Virus record (IMG/VR): IMGVR_UViG_3300042691_027241
Span: 1 to 64,000 of that record
Source of the DNA: a virus
DNA length: 64,000 bases
Reading direction: 5' to 3' (one strand)
In this document: one piece after another, positions 8,128 to 17,117 of the stretch
Numbering within the stretch: the first letter of the stretch is position 1
How the letters are laid out: every line of letters starts with the position of its first letter
Notes under the pieces: generated by a model
Databases searched by the model: none
What the model was told of the DNA's origin: nothing
Seen by the model: the letters and a program-made list of their open reading frames with translations, nothing else
Made by a program: the position numbers and the translations under genes

Positions 8128-8562
8128 TTAACTGCTTAATTTGCCTTTGATATGGGAGCCATGGACACGGACTTGTATATGTCCGTTATAATAATCATCT
8201 GATTCTAAGACTTGGTGTCGGAATTGTTCTCTTGCTTCAATATATGAACATTCAGCTTTTGATTTGCAGTAAAAAAGTATTTCTCTTGTAAAATTTTCTG
8301 GGCCAAGTGTTTGTATGTCTTTTTTAAGTTCGTCGTTTGAGCCATAATATAATTGCCAATCGCTATCTATTTTGCTTCTGATCTTCTTTTTCCGTTTGGT
8401 GCCGTTTTTAAGTTTTACTGTTTTTACTGTAGTTTTTGAAAATTTGGCCAGTTTTTTTCCTATGTACTTGCGCCCAGATACAGTATTTGTTATCAAATAC
8501 ACAAATCCCACGCAATCTTCAGGAAGTGATTCCACAAGAGTGGATTCGAATAGCCATGACAT
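8128..8562 (-). CDS. GIY-YIG endonuclease, T4 endonuclease II (DenA)-like
   Basis: GFVYLITN...RKYIGKK, WQLYYGSN, FTREIL, YIEAREQ, YYNGHI; standalone 144-aa catalytic domain. Confidence 0.85.
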   Translation of the reverse strand: MSWLFESTLVESLPEDCVGFVYLITNTVSGRKYIGKKLAKFSKTTVKTVKLKNGTKRKKKIRSKIDSDWQLYYGSNDELKKDIQTLGPENFTREILFYCKSKAECSYIEAREQFRHQVLESDDYYNGHIQVRVHGSHIKGKLSS

Positions 8563-8568
8563 ACAGCA

Positions 8569-9156
8569 TTAGTTATGCTTGTAATCTAAATTACAATAAA
8601 ATGTTATTTCTTCAATACAAGTATTTGCTACCAATCCAGTGGCATACTTGATAAAAGTAGCTACATCTCCCAATAACATGCCATTTCCTGTCCAATTTGC
8701 TCTACTACGACTAAGATCTGTGTCCAAGCGATCAAGTGTAATTAAGGTAGTTTTAAATGGTACATAATTGGCCTTGAATGATGCCGTGCATTGTTTACTT
8801 GCATGTGACAGTGCTGCCTTGGCCACTCGGTAAGTTTCAAATCCAGGCTCACGGGCAACAATATTTTTTTCTCCGACACTACCTATATTAAAAATATATC
8901 CTGATTTACCAGCTTGTTTCCATTCGTCATACACTGCTTCAAGCACTTGTATCTGTCCAAAATTAGCCCAAGATTCTTGAGGAGGACCATCGAATGCATT
9001 GTTTACAAATATATCATAATTCAAACTTTGCTTTGCAATTTGGTCTACATTTTTAGTAATATCAAACCCCGATGATCTACTGGCACTGTCTGCGCCAAAT
9101 GCAGTGCATAAAAATTGTCCAAGCCCTCTGTTACCACCTGTAACTAACATCTTCAT
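8569..9156 (-). CDS. Short-chain dehydrogenase/reductase (SDR)
   Basis: LVTGGNRGLG Rossmann motif, FVNNA, IFNIGS, catalytic YRVAK (YxxxK). Confidence 0.88.
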   Translation of the reverse strand: MKMLVTGGNRGLGQFLCTAFGADSASRSSGFDITKNVDQIAKQSLNYDIFVNNAFDGPPQESWANFGQIQVLEAVYDEWKQAGKSGYIFNIGSVGEKNIVAREPGFETYRVAKAALSHASKQCTASFKANYVPFKTTLITLDRLDTDLSRSRANWTGNGMLLGDVATFIKYATGLVANTCIEEITFYCNLDYKHN

Positions 9157-10268
9157 CTAATAGATCCTCCTTGATCCCATACTTTAGTAAACTTTTCACC
9201 ACATGTCATAGCACATTCCATTATTCTATTATTATCTGCCCAACTGTCAACTAAGTCGCGCCAAAAATGACTTTTAAAAATATCTGACAGATATTTTTTG
9301 TTTATGTCTAATTCATTTTTATATTGATCTATAAATTCTTTAACTTGTACTTTACCAGTGGCAGTAAAACTTGCTTGATTAGCTCCCGGCCTGGCAAAGC
9401 TGTAAAATCTTGCATCATACAGATTGTGTTCAAAAAAGTTGCAAGGCAATACCAACCCTTCGGCTGTGATTACAACTTTATTACCTAATAGTGCATCGCA
9501 TCGTATTGGTGTTGTTTTTAGATATTCTTTAAAACTGCCATGCATTTTTTTAATTACATCAATTTTTTGCACACTGGGATTACGCCATTGGTCGCTTACA
9601 GGTTCTTCCAACACATATTCTGTACCTCCTGCTCGGTCATGAACAGGCCAATTTGGATACGCACACTCGTTGGTATGATCATAAAAACGCCCAGTTTTTC
9701 TTGGTAGAAAGTTAAAAAATCCGTATTCTTGACTTAATAATTTTGCCTGTTCAACCTGATGTTCGTTGTGTTTAAACACAATATAATTCCATTGTGCTCT
9801 ACCTCCTGCCTTGATAAATGCACGAGCATTACGCATAGCAACAGCATATTTTACGTTACGTCTGTACAGATGTAAAGTATCTTCTAAGCCATCGAAGCCA
9901 AAATCAATCTGACCATAACCATTCATTATTGTGGCTATTTCTCGCCAATAAGCTTCATCATGTACCCCACCGTTGGTGTGTATATATAACCACAACGTGG
10001 GATTTTTATTTCTAAAATCTTGTAGAATGTCTAATAAATCCGGGTGCATGATAGGATCACCATAACTACCACAAAAAAATATACGTTCTACGTGATTGCA
10101 TAGATCAACATCAAAAGTGACGTCAATTGATTCTCTACTTAGATGTAATAGTGGCATGTGAGGATTTATACCACCACCCTGAATATTTCGAGGACATTGC
10201 GGACATGCAGCATTACAGTGCGTTGTGATTTCTAATTGGTATTCTTTAATTTTTTTGTAATCAAACAT
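9153..10268 (-). CDS. Radical SAM protein with C-terminal SPASM/twitch-like cysteines
   Basis: CNAACPQC motif, GSYGDP, HTNGG, DGLEDT; C-terminal RCD..PCN..ECAMTCG; likely start MFDYKK at 10268 coupled to upstream stop. Confidence 0.9.
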   Translation of the reverse strand: MFDYKKIKEYQLEITTHCNAACPQCPRNIQGGGINPHMPLLHLSRESIDVTFDVDLCNHVERIFFCGSYGDPIMHPDLLDILQDFRNKNPTLWLYIHTNGGVHDEAYWREIATIMNGYGQIDFGFDGLEDTLHLYRRNVKYAVAMRNARAFIKAGGRAQWNYIVFKHNEHQVEQAKLLSQEYGFFNFLPRKTGRFYDHTNECAYPNWPVHDRAGGTEYVLEEPVSDQWRNPSVQKIDVIKKMHGSFKEYLKTTPIRCDALLGNKVVITAEGLVLPCNFFEHNLYDARFYSFARPGANQASFTATGKVQVKEFIDQYKNELDINKKYLSDIFKSHFWRDLVDSWADNNRIMECAMTCGEKFTKVWDQGGSIR

Positions 10269-10776
10269 CAGGTAAATCTTTAAAAAAGTTTTTTGCTTCC
10301 TCGAGTATACTTGCATTGGTTTGGAAAATAGTATTAGCCAATTTAGGTCCTTGATTTCTACTGGCAATCAGCCACGGTAGTACCGGGGTAACAAATTCAT
10401 ACTTCCATGTGCCGTTGTGCCCAAGATATAAATTAGGGCAAATAAAGTATGGTTCATTATCAGCCTTGTGCATGTACACCGGATAAAATTTTCCGTCCCA
10501 GAGTTCTCTTTCTAAATTGACTTTGTCTAAGGCAATGCGTTTTATTTCAATGTGCCGATCTATTACAATGTTACCATAAGGATCATGTACATGATGCTCG
10601 GGTTTTTTATCGTAATGAATAATTTTTAAATCGTGCCCACCATTGGTTAAGTCTATATCAAAATCAAATTGGTCAAGGGCGTCGCCATTATACAATGTTA
10701 TGTAATCATCCACAATTATTTTAATTTGGGGATTACCTAATCTACGCTCTACAGCAAAATTAATTTCCAACTTCAA
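10261..10776 (-). CDS. Hypothetical protein, paralog of 13731-14294
   Basis: Shared pattern IIHYDK...GNIVIDRHIEIKRIALD...LYLGHNGTWKYEF; translationally coupled. Confidence 0.7.
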   Translation of the reverse strand: MKLEINFAVERRLGNPQIKIIVDDYITLYNGDALDQFDFDIDLTNGGHDLKIIHYDKKPEHHVHDPYGNIVIDRHIEIKRIALDKVNLERELWDGKFYPVYMHKADNEPYFICPNLYLGHNGTWKYEFVTPVLPWLIASRNQGPKLANTIFQTNASILEEAKNFFKDLPDV

Positions 10777-12275
10777 TGAATAACTCCGGCCAACTTTGCT
10801 AAACGCTCCTGATATTTGTCCATCATGATTTTCATTTGGTCGTCACCTTTCCAAAAAGTGTAACCTAAATTTACAGCATGTTCTTGTGCTTGAATTCTAC
10901 GCATGATTCTTTTTTTGTATGTGAGGTCGGAATTATCTTCACATATCCATTCGGTACCCTGCGGTCGTTTACCATCTACACCAATGATTTTAAGAGTATT
11001 GGGTTGATTGTACATTTCTGTACCTTCCTCGATAGTTAGTGTGGTTCCAAGATTAACACCAATAATAGTACCATCAGCTACATATCGTTGGTATTTTGTT
11101 AACATATCCAATGTGTCTTGAAAATCTTCATCGGTTTCTGTAGGAAAACCTACAATGATCAACAAGTATACCTGCATTTTGTTCAGACTGTATTGTTCCA
11201 TGTTATAATCAAGATCTTCGCCGACATAGCCTTTTTTCATATGCCTGCGTATACGATCACTGCCAGTTTCTACTCCTATTACAAGTGTCTCGGCTCCGGC
11301 ACGAGCCATTAACTCAAAATCTATTGGTTTCATTGCCTGCTTGCTATGTACTATAGCATGACTACTATAAGTCAAATAACGTTCTGGTAAATTGTGCTTT
11401 TGATAATAATCCACCAGAGCTTGATTGAATTGTCTAAAATCTCTTACGCTTCCGTTACATAATGCGTCATGGAAAAAGTAATTTCGTACCTGATAAGTTT
11501 CGTAGTAATGAATCATTTCTGAAGCCAAGCGATCTCCACGCTTGAATCTAAATCCTCCTGCCATTGTGGGTATATCACAAAACACACAGTGCCTAACACA
11601 ACCCCTACTGGTTTCCATTGGTAATACACCAGTTTCGTATCCACTTTGATATTTTAAAATATCAAAATCTGAAAAATCCATATAAGTATGATCTTGTACC
11701 ACGCTACGTTCTGCTAAAAAATCGGTGTCAACTCCGGCAACATCGTAGTTTCCTTTGACAATCTCAGGTATAGTAGTTTCGGCTTCGCCGCGTATCCAGT
11801 GATCAATAAGACTGCGGTCTTTTAAATAGTGTGCAAACTCTGGACGAGTACTATAACTCCCGTTTTCCTCTCTTATCAAGCCCTGCCCACCAATTATAAT
11901 TTCAGCACTACAACTTGTTCTAAAAATTTTTAGAAATTCTTCCGCAAATTTTTGTGCCTGCCAACTAAACACACTGATAAACAATTTTTTAGGAGCATAA
12001 GAAATTATTATGTTGGTCCATTTTTTAAGAAATTCTTCAAAAAGTTCACGACATTGATTATCAAGGTTTTTATTTTTTACAAATAAAAATTCATCTATCT
12101 GTGAAAATAAATTTGGATCAACACTGTTTTTAAAATTTGTAAAATAATCTAAATTAATATCAAGAACTTTACTTTCTAAATCTAAGTTCGTCAGTATACT
12201 TTTGATAATGGCTGGTGCTGCTGCTGGTCGTAATGCAGCTACTCTTGGAATAGTAAGGATTACAGCATAAGTCAT
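10773..12275 (-). CDS. B12-binding domain radical SAM enzyme (class B-like)
   Basis: N-terminal cobalamin-binding-type motifs (KVLDINL, ISVFSWQ, IIIGGQG, IRGEAE); ETSRGCVRHCVFC; IGVETGS; IIVGFPTET. Confidence 0.9.
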   Translation of the reverse strand: MTYAVILTIPRVAALRPAAAPAIIKSILTNLDLESKVLDINLDYFTNFKNSVDPNLFSQIDEFLFVKNKNLDNQCRELFEEFLKKWTNIIISYAPKKLFISVFSWQAQKFAEEFLKIFRTSCSAEIIIGGQGLIREENGSYSTRPEFAHYLKDRSLIDHWIRGEAETTIPEIVKGNYDVAGVDTDFLAERSVVQDHTYMDFSDFDILKYQSGYETGVLPMETSRGCVRHCVFCDIPTMAGGFRFKRGDRLASEMIHYYETYQVRNYFFHDALCNGSVRDFRQFNQALVDYYQKHNLPERYLTYSSHAIVHSKQAMKPIDFELMARAGAETLVIGVETGSDRIRRHMKKGYVGEDLDYNMEQYSLNKMQVYLLIIVGFPTETDEDFQDTLDMLTKYQRYVADGTIIGVNLGTTLTIEEGTEMYNQPNTLKIIGVDGKRPQGTEWICEDNSDLTYKKRIMRRIQAQEHAVNLGYTFWKGDDQMKIMMDKYQERLAKLAGVIH

Positions 12276-13753
12276 TTAGCTACAATCTCCAACACTCGCC
12301 GAGAATTATAGGTTCGCGAAAGTTGAGAAAAGATAAAACTAAATTCATCATATACTCGCGGCTGAGGATAGCGTAAAAGTTTTGTGACCTTATGCAATTC
12401 CATACGCCTTCTAATTCGTTCTGCAAACGTAAGCTGTGCGTTTGATAAATTAACCCAATCAAATTCGCCGTATAAGTATTCGTCATTATCTAATTCGTTT
12501 ATTAAAGGCAATTTTTCGCGGTATTTTACATCTAACGGGGAGCCTTTTAATATTCCGGTAGTAAAGCCCCATCTTATTAATTTGATAACTCTTGATAATG
12601 CATATTTTTGATAACGATAAAGATATTCAATATTTGTTTGATGATCAGTTAATGTTTCTGTTGGATAACCAACCTGCATTAAAAACGTATTTGATACTCC
12701 ATATTTTCCAGAACAGTACAGATGAAAATCAACGTCGTTATTGTCAAATTTTTTGCCCATATGATACCGTACTGGTACACTAAATGATTCTATACCCACA
12801 ACCAAATCCGTACCTCCAGCTTCAACCATTGTTCTAAAATCTTCTTCGCTAAATTGATTTTTTGGACGACAAATATAATCTCCTCTATATCTAAGTTTTT
12901 TTAAACTTGGATAGGTTGATTGTGCATTAACGAGTAATTTGTTAAATTTTTTAAATTCTGACAAACTTCCATTGATTAAATTATCAGTAAATTCAATTAG
13001 TGTAACACCATATTCTAAGTGATGATGTAAAATTTCATTAAACAGATGTTCTGCTGTTCTAAAGCGATATTTGGTCCAAATGTAACCAACATCACAAAAA
13101 GTGCAATCTCTGACACAACCTCGACTTCCAGTAACATATGCACTCATAGTACCGTTTTTACAATATGTACTTGGAAGAATTTTGTCATAGCAGGCAAAAG
13201 GTATTTGATTAAGATTATCTACAAAAAATTTTTGATCTGTAGAAATCCAATCATCAGGATTTTTTATATAGGCTTGAAATGCTAAATCAGCTTCACCTAA
13301 AATATAATGATCTATGATCTGTTTGGCAATTGCATGTTTATAAAAAGGTACGCCATTGTTATCATTGTCCGGAGATGTAGCACCATGACCACCAATAACA
13401 ATCTTGCTTTTAGGATATTTTTGTCTTAACAGCGGCAGCACTATATTTGCTGCTCTTAGGGTTTCAAATGTAAACAGACTTACAGCAATAATCTTATAAT
13501 GTTTATCTGGTAAGTTTTTTGTGACTAAATCAATAAAATCATCAATATATAGACTGGTTTTTTTATAGTAAACCAGATAATCCTCAAAATCTTTTCTTAC
13601 AGCAGCCGGCATTGTAACTATAGCAGCCAAATTTAGATCAAGCACATCATAATCAATGTTGGCAGACTTACACATGCCAGCCAGGCCAGCAATTACAGCA
13701 GGAGGCCTTTCGGCCTCTTGTCTTGGTAAGTTAATTAGTAATGCTGTATCCAT
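12272..13753 (-). CDS. B12-binding domain radical SAM enzyme (class B-like), paralog
   Basis: DVLDLNL, AVSLFT, IVIGGHG, ILGEAD; GSRGCVRDCTFC; VGIESFS; QVGYPTET. Confidence 0.9.
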   Translation of the reverse strand: MDTALLINLPRQEAERPPAVIAGLAGMCKSANIDYDVLDLNLAAIVTMPAAVRKDFEDYLVYYKKTSLYIDDFIDLVTKNLPDKHYKIIAVSLFTFETLRAANIVLPLLRQKYPKSKIVIGGHGATSPDNDNNGVPFYKHAIAKQIIDHYILGEADLAFQAYIKNPDDWISTDQKFFVDNLNQIPFACYDKILPSTYCKNGTMSAYVTGSRGCVRDCTFCDVGYIWTKYRFRTAEHLFNEILHHHLEYGVTLIEFTDNLINGSLSEFKKFNKLLVNAQSTYPSLKKLRYRGDYICRPKNQFSEEDFRTMVEAGGTDLVVGIESFSVPVRYHMGKKFDNNDVDFHLYCSGKYGVSNTFLMQVGYPTETLTDHQTNIEYLYRYQKYALSRVIKLIRWGFTTGILKGSPLDVKYREKLPLINELDNDEYLYGEFDWVNLSNAQLTFAERIRRRMELHKVTKLLRYPQPRVYDEFSFIFSQLSRTYNSRRVLEIVAK

Positions 13754-14294
13754 GCTTTGTGAGAAAATCTATAATTTGTTCTTCTATTTCAACCTCTTGC
13801 GTGCTGCCAAAATATTTTAAAGAATCATAATTATTAGAAATAAATTCATTATCTTTGTTAATAAAATAGCTATCTAAAAAATTAAAATAATTCTTTATAA
13901 AAAAATATCTAATGGTTCCATTAAAATATAAACTACGTTCATGATAAGTTTCCGGGGGAACCTCTTTAAGAGAGGTCAGATACCCAATTGAATAAATTGG
14001 CGTGACCTCGCCATAATGCAAAGCATCAGGTAAAAGAATATCGTCTATCCAGATATGATTAATCCTTACAAATTTGTCTGCAATAATTTTATTATTCTCT
14101 AAAACGGTGTCTTGCTCAGTTTTATTTTTGTGTTTTACAATAATAAACTTGTCATAGCTGTCAGATGTATCAATCGAAATAATTTCTGTTGCAGTTGCAA
14201 CAAAGTCCTTTACAAGGACTTCATTGACCCAGATTTCTAAGCACGGTCCCTTATCATCAACTGTTCCGCACACAAGTTCAAATGTAATAATCAC
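13731..14294 (-). CDS. Hypothetical protein, paralog of 10261-10776
   Basis: IVKHKNK...NKIIADKFVRINHIWID...LYFNGTIRYFF; overlaps gp46 stop. Confidence 0.7.
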   Translation of the reverse strand: MIITFELVCGTVDDKGPCLEIWVNEVLVKDFVATATEIISIDTSDSYDKFIIVKHKNKTEQDTVLENNKIIADKFVRINHIWIDDILLPDALHYGEVTPIYSIGYLTSLKEVPPETYHERSLYFNGTIRYFFIKNYFNFLDSYFINKDNEFISNNYDSLKYFGSTQEVEIEEQIIDFLTKHGYSITN

Positions 14295-16060
14295 TTTATT
14301 TCGACATCGGTGTTGTAGGTGGTGAAGCCATTTTCTTTGATTACACTTAACACATTATTCACACGACCAGCTAATTCATCTTTGTGACTTACTAACCAAA
14401 CACTACGATTACCTTCTCTTGACATTTTCTTAAGAACGGCCAAGCTGTTTTCGACGCCCGAGCTATCCATTCCGGTATCAATGACTTCGTCAATAAACAA
14501 CAAGTTAATTGGTTGATATAAACTTTCCCAGACATCACGGAATGCCCAACTTAGGCTTAGAATTAATCTATTGCGTTCTCCTCTACTTAAATTATCGAAG
14601 TCTAATTCTCGACCCAGCTCTTCAATACTTACCGACAAATCATTTAAGAATTTGACAGTATGCGGAAGCCCGATTCGATCTAAATATTGACTTAGTCTGG
14701 AATTAAGGTAACTCAAATTTTGATCAATTATACGTTTACGAATAAAACTGTCTTTGTTGGTTAATAGTTTAAGTAAAAACTCTTGGTGTTCGCGCACATT
14801 AGCAAGATCATTTATTAAATTGTAATCTATTTCTTCTACTGCTTTTGTTTCCATTTCTTTGATCTGTTCTTCATAAGGATCAGGTTCGGCTTGCTTTGTT
14901 GCCAGTTGTTGTTTTAAATTGGCCACGGTGTTTCTATGATTGATGGCATCTTCTTTGTTATCGTAAAACACTCGTGGCGCAGCACCTGTTGTACCTAATA
15001 AATTTAATGCATCAATATGCGACATTAATTGTTCGTCATTGGCAAGATACTGTAGTGAAGTTTCTTTTAATGTATTACGTTTTTCTGTTAAAACTTCCTC
15101 ATGTTTGGTATCGTGCAGAGCTTGTCCACAAGCATAACATTCATGTTTTTCAAGTTTTTCAATTTCAGATTTTAATTTGTCAAGTTGCTTTAATATTCGA
15201 ACTTGTTCTGTTTCGCAGGCCACTCGCCAACGAGATATTTCTTTAATTTTATTTGATTTTTCGTTGTACTCATCGAGTAAGTTGTGATTGTGTAATTCTT
15301 GATCAATATCCAAATCGCCTACTACTGCAAGAGCTTGTTCTAATTCTACTAATTCGTTTACCTGTTTATTTCGCCATAAATTTTGTCTACGACGAGTTGC
15401 TTCAATTTGTTCTTGAATACGAGCATTGGCGTCTGTTACTGCTTTAATTCGATATTCTTCTTGTGTTATAGCATCTCGAGTTGCCTTTAATTGCTCTTTA
15501 AGTGCATCAGCCTTTTCACTGAGCATAGTAATACCAAGTAGCTGCTCGATGATGGTACGTTGATCGTTTGCTTTCAATGCAAGGAAAGGTTCTGTGTAAG
15601 TGTTGAGTGCAACAATGTGTTTGAACATGTCGTGACTCATGCCCAACATGCGTTCAATCTCTGCTTGTGTTTCTCTGCTATCGCCCTGGCTTTCGTCGGT
15701 AATCTGCTGCTCTTGGCCGCCTACATAAAAAGCCATTGTGTTAGGTTTACGGCCACGTTCAATTTTGTAGTCCGTGCCATCTTTTTCAAATTCAATAGTA
15801 ACCAACATGTTCTTACCATTTGTTTTGTTGATAAGATTATCTTTTTTAATGTTGGTTAAAGCTGAACCATATAGCGCATAGCTGAGTGCATTGATAATGG
15901 TTGTTTTGCCAGTTCCATTTCTTGCTCCCGTGTCATCTCCGCCAAGATCTAAATTTTGCCCCAATACAAGAGTCAGATCCTTGCGATCAAACTGAACAGC
16001 CTGGGTAGCATTGCCCACGCTCATAAAATTTTTAACTGCGAGTGTTTTAATTTTAAACAT
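14291..16060 (-). CDS. gp46: Recombination endonuclease ATPase subunit (gp46 / SbcC-Rad50)
   Basis: KNFMSVGN, Walker A NGTGKTT, zinc hook CYAC, signature LSRGE, Walker B LLFIDE, LVSHK. Confidence 0.95.
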   Translation of the reverse strand: MFKIKTLAVKNFMSVGNATQAVQFDRKDLTLVLGQNLDLGGDDTGARNGTGKTTIINALSYALYGSALTNIKKDNLINKTNGKNMLVTIEFEKDGTDYKIERGRKPNTMAFYVGGQEQQITDESQGDSRETQAEIERMLGMSHDMFKHIVALNTYTEPFLALKANDQRTIIEQLLGITMLSEKADALKEQLKATRDAITQEEYRIKAVTDANARIQEQIEATRRRQNLWRNKQVNELVELEQALAVVGDLDIDQELHNHNLLDEYNEKSNKIKEISRWRVACETEQVRILKQLDKLKSEIEKLEKHECYACGQALHDTKHEEVLTEKRNTLKETSLQYLANDEQLMSHIDALNLLGTTGAAPRVFYDNKEDAINHRNTVANLKQQLATKQAEPDPYEEQIKEMETKAVEEIDYNLINDLANVREHQEFLLKLLTNKDSFIRKRIIDQNLSYLNSRLSQYLDRIGLPHTVKFLNDLSVSIEELGRELDFDNLSRGERNRLILSLSWAFRDVWESLYQPINLLFIDEVIDTGMDSSGVENSLAVLKKMSREGNRSVWLVSHKDELAGRVNNVLSVIKENGFTTYNTDVEIK

Positions 16061-17079
16061 TAAAGATTTCTATAGATATCAAGCAATAGGGTTTTATTAT
16101 ATTGGTCACTTTGAATGTTTGTAAGTTGATTGGTTACAATAGTATCTACACTTTCAAACATTATGTTTCCGGTGATATCGTAGTTGATATCTTCGGTAAT
16201 AGATTTTTGCGGAATAAGTGTAATTTCTCTTAGGCCGTAAGTATTTACAAATGTTTCTTTAATAAACGTAGCTTCTTCGTAGCTAATATCCACATCAAGA
16301 TTCACACGTACATGCATGTCTTTATGCAACAATGCATCCGTATTTTGTAATACATCACTTAGTTGATACACACGATATCGTGGTTGATTGGGCCACGCAT
16401 GATATTCAGGTTCTGCACCCCACTCCAGGATCATCATACCTCGTTCATCGTCGTGATTGTCGGCATAGTTGTGCGGGAAGCAGTTGCCAATATAAGTTAT
16501 ATTTTTTTGTGTTTGTCGTTTGTGAAAATGCCCAGTGAACACATGTTCAATACCGGTAAAGTCCTCACGCCGGACATCGCCATGATCGGGCATTTGTACC
16601 ATGGCATTCATGTAGAATGTTGGTAGTTCAAAATGCCCAAACATGTACTTGGCTGATAATTTTGGTATGCGTTTGTAGTCTTCGCCTACTAACCAAGGGG
16701 CCACAATAACATCACCGCTGTGTAGCCAATCATTACAAATGATGACATTCGGTAAATGTTTAGCCCACTCAACACTTTGGACATCACGCTTGTCGCGATA
16801 ATATAAGTCGTGATTGCCAGGGATAAAGTAAACACGATCGAAGTTATCGTTGAGATGTTCCAAAGCACGGAGACTATAGTTAAGAGTGACAATATTGATA
16901 CTGGCACGATTGTTATGCCAATCTCCAAGAAAAAACGCTGTTTCACATCCTTCTTCCTTTGCCTTAGCAGTGAACCATTTTATGAAGTTTAAGCAATCTT
17001 CATTGTGTGTTTGACTGTTGCTTTTTAGCCCAAAGTGTATATCTGTGCAGACTGCTGCTCGTTTAAATAGATTACTCAT
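16060..17079 (-). CDS. gp47: Recombination endonuclease nuclease subunit (gp47 / SbcD-Mre11)
   Basis: Metallophosphoesterase motifs TDIHFG, LGDW, GNHD, GHFE, GHFH. Confidence 0.95.
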   Translation of the reverse strand: MSNLFKRAAVCTDIHFGLKSNSQTHNEDCLNFIKWFTAKAKEEGCETAFFLGDWHNNRASINIVTLNYSLRALEHLNDNFDRVYFIPGNHDLYYRDKRDVQSVEWAKHLPNVIICNDWLHSGDVIVAPWLVGEDYKRIPKLSAKYMFGHFELPTFYMNAMVQMPDHGDVRREDFTGIEHVFTGHFHKRQTQKNITYIGNCFPHNYADNHDDERGMMILEWGAEPEYHAWPNQPRYRVYQLSDVLQNTDALLHKDMHVRVNLDVDISYEEATFIKETFVNTYGLREITLIPQKSITEDINYDITGNIMFESVDTIVTNQLTNIQSDQYNKTLLLDIYRNL

Positions 17080-17085
17080 CGTATT

Positions 17086-17115
17086 AGTTTACTATTTTCT
17101 AAACAGTAAAGTCAA
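17086..17115 (-). promoter_or_regulatory. Sigma70-like promoter TTGACT-N18-TAAACT for the gp47 operon
   Basis: Fills the 38-bp gp55/gp47 gap; spacer contains an inverted repeat. Confidence 0.55.
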
Positions 17116-17117
17116 AC

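Noticed and set aside
7741-8139. 132-aa plus-strand ORF across the intergenic gap
   Set aside because: TTG start inside a hairpin, no RBS, no recognisable motifs; region better explained by minus-strand RNA structure
8128-8562. Mobile homing endonuclease (Seg/I-TevI type)
   Set aside because: No C-terminal NUMOD/HTH DNA-binding region; resembles standalone EndoII-type enzymes
10269-10367. Extended N-terminus of the 404-aa radical SAM ORF
   Set aside because: Overlaps upstream gene by ~100 nt; ATG at 10268 gives typical coupling
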